This document shows, piece after piece, positions 8,787 to 18,983 of a stretch of DNA of 60,000 nucleotides; position 1 is the first letter of the stretch; each line of letters begins with the position of its first letter. Source of the stretch: Felis catus (Eukaryota); the NCBI RefSeq assembly GCF_018350175.1, contig NC_058369.1, positions 7,628,001-7,688,000 of the forward strand, read 5' to 3'. The notes under the pieces were generated by a model. The model did no database searches. It worked only from the letters and a program-made list of their open reading frames with translations, and was not told the origin of the DNA. The position numbers were made by a program, and so were the translations under genes.

Positions 8787-11207
8787 ATGGCTGCTGCCAC
8801 ATCAGGTGAGGGTCCTGGCCCCTGTGGCGCTGCCCAGGACCGAGGCTGGGGGTAGCCGGCTCCTGGGAGGCAGACGGGAGGGACTTAATCACGTCTGGAC
8901 AGGGACTTCCTCCCAGGGCGGAGATGGGACGAGGAGGCAGAAGCGTGGTTGGGGAAGCAGTCGCGTGGGGGAGGGAGGGCCGCTGGCACCTTGCACGGAA
9001 CTCGTGGCCAGCCTGCTGGACAGACTGGGAGCAGGCTGTGCACCCAAAGCTGAGGCTAAGTTGGGTACATGAGAGGGAATCCATTCCAGATCTCTGTTCT
9101 GGTCCGTGCTGCTGGTCCCAGGCCTTGTTCTGGGCTCTGGGAAGCCAGTTGTGGGGCACTCCCTGCCCTCAGGAGAGGTCTTCTGGGTTGGGTTTGTTTT
9201 TTTGTTTTTTTTTTTTTCCCTCTCAACAGTAGTCAGATGGAAGCACAGGATTTGCAGAAATAAGGGGGACAGGGTGCAGTTGTGATAATAGAGGGTCAGA
9301 ATATGCCTCTCAAAAAAAACCCTCTCAGGGCTAAAGACCAGGAGGTGAGTGGGGGCACTGGTGACTCAGGAAGAGAGAATCAGTGCAAAGGCCCTGAGGT
9401 GGAATGTGCCTTAAGGAATAGAAAGCCAGTGTGGGAAGAAAAAAACAAAGCTAGTGTGGGAAAGACATAGGGAATGAGTCACAGGGAGATGAGAGGGAGC
9501 AGCTGGACGGAGGTTTGCTCCTGGGGCCCCTCCGTGGCAGAGGTGAGCACTGCCTTTTCCTCCCAGTGAGGAGGGAGCCTCAAAGGTGAAAGCCACCTGA
9601 TTCGGGTGTCTTTGGGTGCCCTCTGGAGGCCGTGGGGGGAACACGTAGGGAGGTCGTTGGGAGCTGGGAGGCCAGTGCCTCTGGCACTGAGAAAGTGACT
9701 GACTGAAGGTGGAGGCAGCAAGGCTTGATGGATTTGGGAGGGCTACGGTGGGGTTGGGGACTCCCCCGGACTCCCCCTCCTCCACGCAGGCCTGGTGGTT
9801 GTGGATTGTCATTGCTGGCTTATGGCTGTCACGTGAAGGCAATGACTACCTAGTTCTGGAATTCAGGACCCAGAGCAAGCCTAGTAGATATCACCTGAAA
9901 GGACTCGGGCTTCTGACGTTTCTGGGCCCAATTTCCTCCGTAAGAAGTTGCTGTGGCTGGTGTCCCCTCCTGGGCATGGGAAGGACTCCAAAAAAGTGTG
10001 TCCCCAGAGGGCTGGTGCAGCCCGCCACGTGGTACGTAATCTGAAGGACTGGGCTCTGAAGGCATCAAAAGCCACGCGAGGAGGGACGGCGCTCACTTGG
10101 TGACACCATCTGCCCACAGGTGCCATACCCTGCCCGACCAACTTCTCGGCCGCCGCCGATCGCGTCCTCGGTCGTTTCCAGGAAGACTTTCTGTGGCCCG
10201 CGCTGGTGGTTGAGTTCCTGGTGGCCGCGGCCAGCAACGGCTTCGCCTTATACCGCTTCGGCACGCAGGAGCGGCGCCCGTGGCACCCGGCCGTGGTCTT
10301 CTCCGCACAGCTGGCCGTCAGCGACCTGCTCTACGCCCTGACGCTGCTCCCGCTGGCCGCCTACCTCTACCCCCCCAAAAACTGGCAGTACGGGGAGCTG
10401 GCGTGCCGCCTGGAGCGCTTCCTCTTCACCTGCAACCTGCTGGGCAGCGTCCTCTTCATCACCTGCATCAGCCTGAACCGCTACCTGGGCGTCGTCCACC
10501 CCTTCTTCACCCGCAGCAGCCTGCGCGCCAAGCACGCCTGGGCCGTCAGCGCTGCCGGCTGGGTGCTGGCCGCCGTGCTGGCCGCGCCCACGCTCGGCTT
10601 CTCCCACCTGAAGCGGCCGCAGCAGGAGGGGGACTGCTCTGTGGCCAGGCCGGGGGCCTGCACCAAGTGCCTGGGGACGGCGGACCAGCGCCTCGAGGCC
10701 TACAGAGCCTACAGCCTGGCGCTGGCCACGGCGGGCTGCGGCCTGCCGCTGTTGCTCACCCTGACGGCCTACGGCGCCCTCGGGTGGGCGGTGCTGCGCA
10801 GCCACGGCATGACGGCGGCCGAGAAGCTGCGTGTGGCGGTGCTGGTGGCCAGCGGCATGGCCCTCTACGCCGGCTCCTACGTGCCCTACTACGTGACGCT
10901 GGTGCTCAACGTGTCCACCCGACAGCACTGGAGAGCCCGCTGCCCGGGCTTCGCTAACTCGGCCGAGGCCGAGGCGGCGCTGGATTGGAGGACCTACGTG
11001 AGCCACCAGGTGATGCGGGGCCTCATGCCCGTGGCCATCTGCATCCACCCTCTGCTTTACATGGCTGTGGCACCCAGCCTCGGCTGCCGCCCCGGTCCAG
11101 GAAGCTGCCTCGGCTGCGGGGAGAGCCAACCCCCCGAGGACGCCGGGAGCTCTGGCCAAGTCCTGCCCCTCAATGTCACAGCCACCCCCAAAACCTCGGG
11201 GTCCTAG
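8787..11207 (+). CDS. P2RY11: P2Y purinoceptor 11 (class A GPCR), 368 aa
   Basis: Exon 1 8787-8805 (gccATGG; MAAATS-G|gtgag) plus exon 2 10120-11207 (cag|GT GCC ATA...TAG). Seven-TM protein with LAVSDLL, SLNRYLG and HPLLY motifs matching human P2Y11. Confidence 0.97.
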
Positions 11208-11438
11208 TCCCCCGAGCTGAGCCGACGACCTGGCCTATTTTGAGCCACTGCCGCCTGCCCTGGAATCCATCTGAGAGCATGGCAGGCCCCAAACCGCCAC
11301 TTCCTCCGTGGTCTACAGAAAGACCTGATGGGGGATTGAAGGTGCCCAGGCCAGGGAGGGCAGGAACTTCTGCCTGAAGCCCTGATCCCGGAGAAGGCTG
11401 GCCCCCACTAGCCACAGAGCAGGTGACTAGACAAGGTG

Positions 11439-11444
11439 AATAAA
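11439..11444 (+). terminator. Poly(A) signal of P2RY11
   Basis: AATAAA about 230 nt after the stop codon. Confidence 0.85.
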
Positions 11445-11472
11445 CAAGACAGCACGTGACAACCGCAACCTC

Positions 11473-11478
11473 TTTATT
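11473..11478 (-). terminator. Poly(A) signal of EIF3G
   Basis: tttatt on + (AATAAA on -), about 65 nt after the EIF3G stop. Confidence 0.9.
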
Positions 11479-11543
11479 GCCGGGAGCCCTGCGCTCGGAG
11501 GAGCTGCCTTCTGTGGGGGCCCTGGGGGCCGGTGGCTGCTGGC

Positions 11544-14500
11544 TTAGTTGGTTGACGGCCTGAAGAGAGAAACGGGTGGTGAGAACAGCCTGTGGGGGAG
11601 GAGTTCAGATCCCAAAAGGAATTCTAAGACTCCTTGCTACATACAACTGGGGCCTCCGTGGCAATGGGGGGGGGGGGGGGGGCAGGGTGCACAAGGCGCA
11701 GTGGGGCCTCCTTAAGAAAAGGACAGTAAATGACCCGTCCCTCGGAACAAGCTTGGCTATTAAACTGGTGCAGGGCCTACGGTCTGCCTGAGTGTTGGCT
11801 GTGACAAGGGGGCAGGAGGCAGGGGTGCAGAAGCGGTCTTACTTGGCCCACTCGACATTGAGGATGAGGTGGTCATATCCAAAGCCAGACACCCCGGCGA
11901 TGGCACGTGCGGCATCCTCACGGCGGTGGAAGCTGATGAAGGCAAAGCCCTGGGGGGGGGGGGGGGGGGGCAGAGTCAGGGGCACAACCAGGCCAGGCGA
12001 CCCCTTCCCCAACCCCCACAGCCACCAGCCCACCTTGGACTGGCCAGTGGTCTTGTCCTTCGCCAAGTAGATGCGAGATATGGAGCCAAAGGGCCTGAAG
12101 AGTTCCTGCAGGTCAGTCTCGCGAGTGTCCTCGGACAGGTTGGTGACACGGATGGTGGCGTTGTCGTCAGCTGGACAGGCAAGGAGAGGCAGCTGGTAAG
12201 AGAACAGCCCTCACCAGGCCCCGGACAAAGGATCGTCACGGGGGGAACGGGAGGCGCCCTCCCGCCGGCTCACCTCTGCGGTTGGGCTGCATAGACTCCC
12301 CGCGGCGGCTGGCCCCATCCCGCAGGCTCGGGGGCACGTACTTCCCGGTCTTGTTCTGGGCGGCCTGCACCGGCTCCAGCTCTGGAGGCCAAAGCAGTTG
12401 GGTCAGGCGCCACCCGGCGCAGATGAGGGACAGGCCCACCCCAGGATGCTGGCAGTTCTGGCCCCAAGCCGGGCCAGGCACCGTCTATCAAACTGCATGC
12501 ATCTGGCCGGTTCTCAGGCCCCGTGGCCACATGGACATAAAGGTCACATTCAGGAAGTCCGAAGAAGCCACAGACGCTGATGCAACCCAAGGCAATCTTA
12601 GCTGAGGGCCAGAGGACTGCTCAGCTTCACAACACACGAACACGGCAGGGACAGTCCCCAGGTCCCACACACTCAGGCAAGTGCCACGTATGCTGCATAT
12701 CAAGTCACAGGTGTAGAACTGTCTAGACACACACACACGTGCACACAGAGCCGTGGTCGTGTCTGTGGCAGACACGGCACACTCGAGTCCACAACAGAAT
12801 CACAGCTGGCAAGTCTCAAGCATGTGCGGTGTAGACACAGCCGTGGAAAGCAACGGTCTGCCAGCCCCAACCAGAAAGGATGCACAACGTCACCAGCAGT
12901 CACCAACCCAGCCATGCTCTCTCACGCACACCCAGGCTGCAGCCAGCCTCGCGGTGCTGACGTGCGAGGACAACTGGCGAGGGGGACGGCCCCGTCCCCA
13001 GACGGCAGGTGAAGACCAAGGACCCTCCCGGAGGTGCACGCGGTCCTCCCCGCCCCCACCCCACGGACCGCCAAGCCGCATCCCCAGGCCCGGGCACCTC
13101 CAGGCAGCTTCTCCTTCTCGCCGGTGGACAGGCCCAGCTGCTCCGCCAACTCCTTCTGCATAGGCCCCAGAGTGTCCTTGTAGGGACAGCGGGTAGTCCA
13201 GTGGTCACCCTTGCAGATGCGGCAGGACACAATCTTCTGGCCCTTGAGCTTGTTCATTGGGTCCTCCTCTTCCTGGCAGTTCAGATCCTAGGCGGGCAGT
13301 CAGGGGACGCTCAGAGCGGGACTGCCACACCCCGGCCACCACCAACACAGCCACTGGCCCTGCCGTGTTGCCCCACTCACCTCTTTGCTAGTGATGAATG
13401 TCATGGACACATCGTCACTGACTGTGGTGGTGGCCACGTTGGGCCCCGGTGGGTCAAACTCTGAGTTCCCAAACTTCTTCCAGTTCTGGGCTCGGGGCGG
13501 GATGAGGGACAGGTTAAGGCCACGTGGGACCCCCTTCGCTGACATCCCAGACCACAGTAGCCTGTCGGGGCCTGAACCACATTCTTCGCCCTCCCCGAAA
13601 GCCCCCCCCGAGCGGTGACAATGACAGTTCCTGTTTCCTAGTGTGTACCACTCCTGGCATGTGCCGGGCCTCAACCTCATGCCGGCTCCAGGAGGCAGGT
13701 AGGGACAGCTCTCAGCCCCAAGTTCCAGATGAGAGAGCCAAGGCCCGGCAGGAAGCAGCCGCACAGCCAACCATTCCCGGGGACCCGTGACAGTAGGTGG
13801 GCCAGCTCCCACAGGAAGCGATGCTCAGGGGCGTGCAGGGGTCACCCAGACCATGAGGGGCCTTGAGCTAGTTAAACAAGCTAGGCCTTGGCCTCCTCCC
13901 CTAGAAGACGGGGACCACAAATGCTCCCCGCCTCCCAGGGTTGCTAGGGGGATCCGATGAGAGAACACTTCCCGCAGAGCACTTGGCACGGGGTCTGGCA
14001 CAGAGAAAGGGCACAGAAAGTTGTGCCAAACGTATTTATCGTTACTTCTTCCCCAAGCGTGCAGCCCAGTCGATCAGGAACTGCTGTGACCACCTCAGGG
14101 GAGGGCTTGGCTCCGTTCCTCCTGGTGGACAAGCTGAGAGGACTGAGAATCTAACCCCATCGACTTTTCAGCGCCCCAGCAGAACACACACCGACCTCAG
14201 CCGTGCTCCAACACAATAGGTGCCTAAAACTAAAGGCACCAGAAAAAAGGTGCCTAATTCCTCTGAGCCAGCCCCGGGGGAGCCCCCGAGACCGGAGCAG
14301 GGTCTCACCTTCCTCCTCGCAACAGCCTTTGAGGCCTTCCGAGTCTCAATTCTGAAGGTACGAACGATCTGTGGACGGGAAGGGAGAGGCTCGGACTTCC
14401 CGTGTCTCTGAGGCACCTGGAGCCAGCCAGCCCAACCCACCCAACACCCACACGCCGTCCCCTCCCGGCGCAAGTCCCCCAAGAGCAAGGGCACCCACCT

Positions 14501-15483
14501 CCTCCACCAGCCTCACCTTGAACTTCTTGCCGTCCTCATCTATCTTGTACTCCGTCACCGTCTTAATGTTTCCATTGATGACCTCCTTGGGAGGCGGCAG
14601 CGGAGCTGGGAGAGAGGAGAGGTGAGGGAGCTGCGCCCCGGGGAATGGGGACCAGAAGGGAACACCGCTGGGGAGAGGCAGCCCCGAATGGAGCAGAGGT
14701 CGCCACTCACCTCCCGGCACTAACTCGGGTTCCGGGCTGGTGTCGCCAGTGGCCAGAGGGATGCCCTTGAGGAGCTCGCTGGTGACACATTTGTCTACAA
14801 ATAGAGTGTGGGGAGGAAGGGTGAGCTGGAGGAGCGGGGGCGCCCGAGACAAAATGAAGGGCCCTTTGGGTGGAGGCCCACACCAGGAGCCCGGGAAGGC
14901 GGGACAAGGGCTGGGCGCTGGCGAAGAACTGCCCCGGGACAGCCGTGCCCGGACGTGGGGCTGGCTGGAGTAACCTCGAGCAACCGCAAGGATGGAAGTG
15001 GGGGCAGCCCATAAAGCCCTCCCGGCGCAGGCATAGAGGCAGGAGGCGGGCTGCTACAACTTCCTCCCCGGAGCAGCTACGAGGGCTGGGCGGTGGCACG
15101 GGAGGAGGGCCGGGCCAGCGATCATCTGGAACTGGCGATAGGCTGGCCCGGAGGATGGCGCGGGACAGAGGCCGCCGCGATGGGGCCTACGGGATCGGAC
15201 CGCGGTGGCAGGGTCGGAGCAGGCGGCAGCGACCGGCCCGGGGGCTGGCTGAGGTGACCGGGGACGACCGGGCATACTCACCGTCCTCGCCCTCCTCCTC
15301 CACCTGGTCGGCCCAGCTGGGCTTCGAACTGCAAGAAGTTTGCGGAGGGGAGGGCTGGGTCAGCGAGGCCAGGCCCACGCCGCCTCGACGTACCCAGGCC
15401 CCGTGGTGCTCCCTAGGCCCCCCAGCCCCCCTCCCAGGGTTCGCTCCGGGACCCCCGACTCACTCAAAGTCTCCAGTCGGCAT
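11544..15483 (-). CDS. EIF3G: Eukaryotic translation initiation factor 3 subunit G, 320 aa (C-terminal RRM)
   Basis: Coding exons 5'->3': 15464-15483, 15282-15328, 14711-14794, 14517-14605, 14309-14368, 13381-13485, 13098-13287, 12274-12381, 12034-12170, 11843-11949, 11544-11559 (963 nt). Translation MPTGDFDSKPSWADQVEEEGEDDKC...GFAFISFHRREDAARAIAGVSGFGYDHLILNVEWAKPSTN*. Confidence 0.99.
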
Positions 15484-15670
15484 TTCACGAGCCTCTCCAC
15501 GCAGCCCGATCCTGGGCCAGAGACCGGAAGTGAAGGGAGCACGAGACTTCCCGTGCCGCCTAGAGCGGCCCGGCCGCAGCGCCCACAGCGCCCTCTGCGG
15601 ACGGAGGTGGAGATGCCAGCTGGGTGAGCCGCTGGGCGCGGGCCCCCAGTCTGAGCGGAGGAGCGGTCCA
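15050..15670. promoter_or_regulatory. CpG-island promoter of EIF3G
   Basis: Dense CpG over exons 1-2; ETS accggaagtg 15522-15531; CTCF-like gcgccctctgcgga 15588-15601. Confidence 0.88.
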
Positions 15671-16060
15671 TTTACCTTTGAGAAAAGTTTTTTAAAAACG
15701 TAATAACTATAAAGCTCACTTACTGAGAGCTTACTGTAGGCCAGGCACCGTGAGGAGGAAATTATCATTTTCGTTTTGCCGCTGAAGAAATCAAGGCTGG
15801 TCTTCCTAAGTCTGGGAAGAGTTTTCCTGATTCCAACGATCAAGATGTTCTCTCCCTCCTTTTCCATTTCATTCTCCCTCCTAACATTCTTGGCTCTCCG
15901 ATGTGACCTTTTCCACTTATTTGTTTATTGCCCAACTCTCCCTTTAGAGTATTATTCTCAGTGGGAGCCACATGGCTCCCAAGGGGGCCAACAATAATTC
16001 TTGGCCTTAGGTATTACAATGGCTTGTGGCCCTCCAAAACCAACTCTTCTAGACAAGGCC

Positions 16061-16288
16061 TTTATTTTTTTTTTAAGTTTATTTATTTATTGTGAGAGAG
16101 AGAGAGAGAGAGCAAGAGCGAGCAGGGGAGGGGCAGAGAGAGAGAGGAGAGAGAGAGAGAATCCCAAGCAGGCTCCACGATGTCAGCCCATAGCCCAACT
16201 CAGGGCTCTATCCTACGACTCTGGGACCCATGACCCGAGCCGGAATCAAGAATCAGATGCTCAACCAACTGAGCCACCCAGGCGCCCC
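16061..16288 (-). mobile_element. SINEC
   Basis: Poly-T and (GA)n followed by gagccacccaggcgcccc. Confidence 0.9.
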
Positions 16289-16359
16289 AATGCAAACTTT
16301 CTGGGTGGAAATTCGACAGACAACATCCACTAAAACTTGAAATGAACATATGTGTATTT

Positions 16360-16600
16360 TGTTTTATGGTGGCAAAGACCTACAATATTCTATCAGTTTT
16401 AGGTGTGCATGACAGCGATTTGACAATTGCACAAATGCAGCATCCACAAGAAGTGCGGTCACCATCTGTCATCATACCACGTTATTCCAATATTATTGAC
16501 TGCCTTCCTTATGTTTTCACCACCATGACTTGGTTACTTTAAAACTGGAACTTTCTACCTCTCAATCACCTTCACCCATCTCACCCATATCTGTTTCTTT
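16360..16600 (-). mobile_element. L1 3' fragment (reverse)
   Basis: tacaatattctatcagttttaggtgtgc...gatttgacaatt...caatattattgact resembles a reversed carnivore L1 3' UTR. Confidence 0.55.
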
Positions 16601-16814
16601 AGAGCAAGCAAGTCATTCAACCTGTGAGAAAACTTGTAAATGCATGTGAAGATGTAAAAATTAGATACATGTGCAGTCTCGTTCGTGATAGAAAAAACTG
16701 GAAATGCTATCTGCTCATAGGTTAAATAGATTACAGTATATTATGCCACAATCTGTGTAATGCTCTGCAGTCGTCAAAGAACCGGATCCATTTGTGGTTA
16801 TGTTTAAAGTTTAT

Positions 16815-16905
16815 CTAAGTAATCTCTGCCCCCAACATGGGGCTCGAACTCATGACCCCGAGACCAAGAGCCGCATGCTCTACTGACCGAGGCAGCCAGG
16901 CACTC
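16815..16905 (-). mobile_element. Short SINEC
   Basis: atctctgcccccaacatggggctcgaactcatgacccc...gccaggcac. Confidence 0.8.
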
Positions 16906-17212
16906 CCGATTTGTGGCTTAAAAAAAAAAAAATCTCCAAGACACGAGGAGGGAGGAAGATGTAAAATGGCAGATGATATTGGGACCCATTCGTGTAAATG
17001 TTTAGTAGCACATATAGGTAGACACATGCGAACTATTTTCCGAAAAGGAATCTCAAACTGTGTCTGAGGGATGCTTCAAGAGGAAGGCATCAGGGGAAGA
17101 AAGCTTGTTTTTGTTTGGACTTTTCTCCTATAGTTAACTTTTTTTTTTACCCTGTGTATACGTTATTTTGGTTTAAATAAAGGTATACACATAAAATTAC
17201 GCACTTTATGCT

Positions 17213-17640
17213 TTTTTGGTTTTTTTGTTTTGTTTTGTTTTGTTTTTGAGAGAGCGCATGAGCACGGGAGGGACAGAGGGAGAGGGAAAGAGAAATTTAG
17301 GAAGGCTCTATGCCCAGCACAGAGCCAGACATGGGACTCAATCCCGTGACTATGAGAGCATGACCTGAGCTGAAATCAAGAGTCGGACACTTAATCGACT
17401 GAGCCACACAGGCGCCCCGGAATAGTTCTTGGGGCACCTGGGTGGCTCAGTCAGTTGAGTGTCCGACTTCGGCTCAGGTCGTGATCTCACGGTCCGTGAG
17501 TTAAGCCCCACATCAGGCTCTGTGCTGACAGCTCAGAGCCCGGAGCCTGCTTCGGATTCTGTGGCTCCCTCTCTCTCTGTCCCTCCCCCGCTCACTCTGT
17601 CTCTCTCTCAAAAATAAACACCGAAAAAATATTTTTTTTA
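17213..17640. mobile_element. Two head-to-head SINECs (17213-17418 minus; 17431-17640 plus)
   Basis: ...caggcgcccc, 12-nt spacer, then ggggcacctgggtggctcagtc... Confidence 0.9.
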
Positions 17641-17929
17641 AATAAGCGAAATGCTTTTTCTCAAACATCATGTATGACTTTTACAAAAAGTCAGGTATCT
17701 CCCAAGGAAAAACAAGAGGCCCCAAGGGAGCGTAGGGACGTAGGGAGAAGCTGGAGTCCGAGGGTGGATGGATAACAAAAAAAGCCCCCGAGTCCCTCTC
17801 CTCCAGCCCTCCCTTGTAGCACCAACATGCTTCCCACGCCCAGAATCTCCACAGGACAGCAGCAAACCAGCTGTGCGAAGCACACGAGGAGGGGAGTGAG
17901 GACACGCACACACGGAATGCATCCTCCGG

Positions 17930-18740
17930 GGATACCGCGGCAGCTTCGGGGCGATTCGCTAGATCTCCCCGTGTAGACCGAATTCCACTTCTTGGTATTT
18001 TCCATAAGAAACAAACGCACGTCCACGAGGACCCGCGTGTTAGGATGTGCACACGAACGTCCGTAGCCACTTTATTCACAATGGCTAAAAGCCACTTTAT
18101 TCACAATGGCCAAGCACCGCTTGGCTTAGTGGGCTAGGGCTACCACCACAAAAGCACCACAGGCTGGGGGTCAAGGACATTCCTGCAGGTTGGAAGTCCA
18201 AGGTCAAGGCGTCGGGCAGGCTGGTTCCTCCCGAAGCCTCTCTCCTTGGCTTGGGGACGGCCATCTTCTCCCTGTGTCATCACATGGTCCTTATATTGGA
18301 GTAGGGTCCACCTTAATGACCTCATTTTAACTCCATTATTTCTGTAAAGGCCTCATCTCCAAAGACACTCACATTCTGAGGTCCTAGGGGTCAGGGCTGA
18401 AACACGAGTTTTGGGGGCACACGATGGAGCCCATAATACAAGTCAAAAGTCCATCGGCAGATGAATGGGCAGCCAGAGGTAACTGTGTGCTTCTCTACAG
18501 CGGCACAATGTAGCCATAAAGGAGCAAACTGATACCCACGGTGACGTGAATCCGCATCAGAGACACAAAGGAAGTGGCCCCACACGATAGCACTTGTGTG
18601 AAATCCTCAAACCACTACCTGAAGTCAGAACTGAGAGGCTCTCTGAGGGTGGAGGGAGGGGTGCCAGGCATCCTCCCAGGGTGATGAGAGTTTCTAACAC
18701 GTCCACCTGAGCAGGGGTGATGACACAGGCAGGCACACGC
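17930..18740 (+). mobile_element. Old L1 3' fragment interrupted by an MLT1 LTR
   Basis: aattccacttcttggtattt...tttattcacaatggc...ccatcggcagatgaatgg...tgtagccataaagga is typical of L1M 3' UTR. Confidence 0.6.
18120..18440 (-). mobile_element. MaLR MLT1-type solo LTR
   Basis: ggaagtccaaggtcaaggcgtc...ccatcttctccctgtgtc...ccttaatgacctcattttaa...cacattctgagg. Confidence 0.8.
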
Positions 18741-18760
18741 GTAAAAAGTAATTCAGCTGA

Positions 18761-18983
18761 GGGGGCGCCTGGGTGGCTCAGTCGGTGAAGCACCCGACTT
18801 CGGCTCAGGTCATGATCTCGCTGTTCGCGGGTTCGAGCCCCACGTCGGGCTCCGTGCTGACGGCTCGGAGCCTGGAGCCGGCTTCGGATTCTGTGTCTCC
18901 CTCTCTCTCTGCCCCTCCCCTGCTCATGCTCTGTCGCTCTCTGTCTCAAAAATAATAAATAAACGTTAAAAAAAAAAAAAAAA
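18761..18983 (+). mobile_element. Young full-length feline SINEC with perfect 16-bp TSD
   Basis: TSD aaaagtaattcagctg at 18744-18759 and 18980-18995; CpGs retained. Confidence 0.95.

Noticed and set aside
8170..9072. 300-aa plus-strand ORF between PPAN and P2RY11 intron 1
   Set aside because: GTG start, Gly/Arg/Trp-rich composition typical of GC-rich non-coding DNA, out of frame with P2RY11 exon 1. Only Ribo-seq or conservation evidence could rescue it.
10248..11159. 303-aa ORF antisense to P2RY11
   Set aside because: Expected shadow of a coding exon with very high GC3.
15460..15867. Upstream ATG in frame with the EIF3G start (128-aa extension)
   Set aside because: It begins well upstream of the CpG-island TSS region and crosses MIR-like sequence, so it is unlikely to be transcribed.
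18557..18955. Recurrent MAQSV...AQVMIS ORFs here and elsewhere
   Set aside because: These are translations of SINEC copies.
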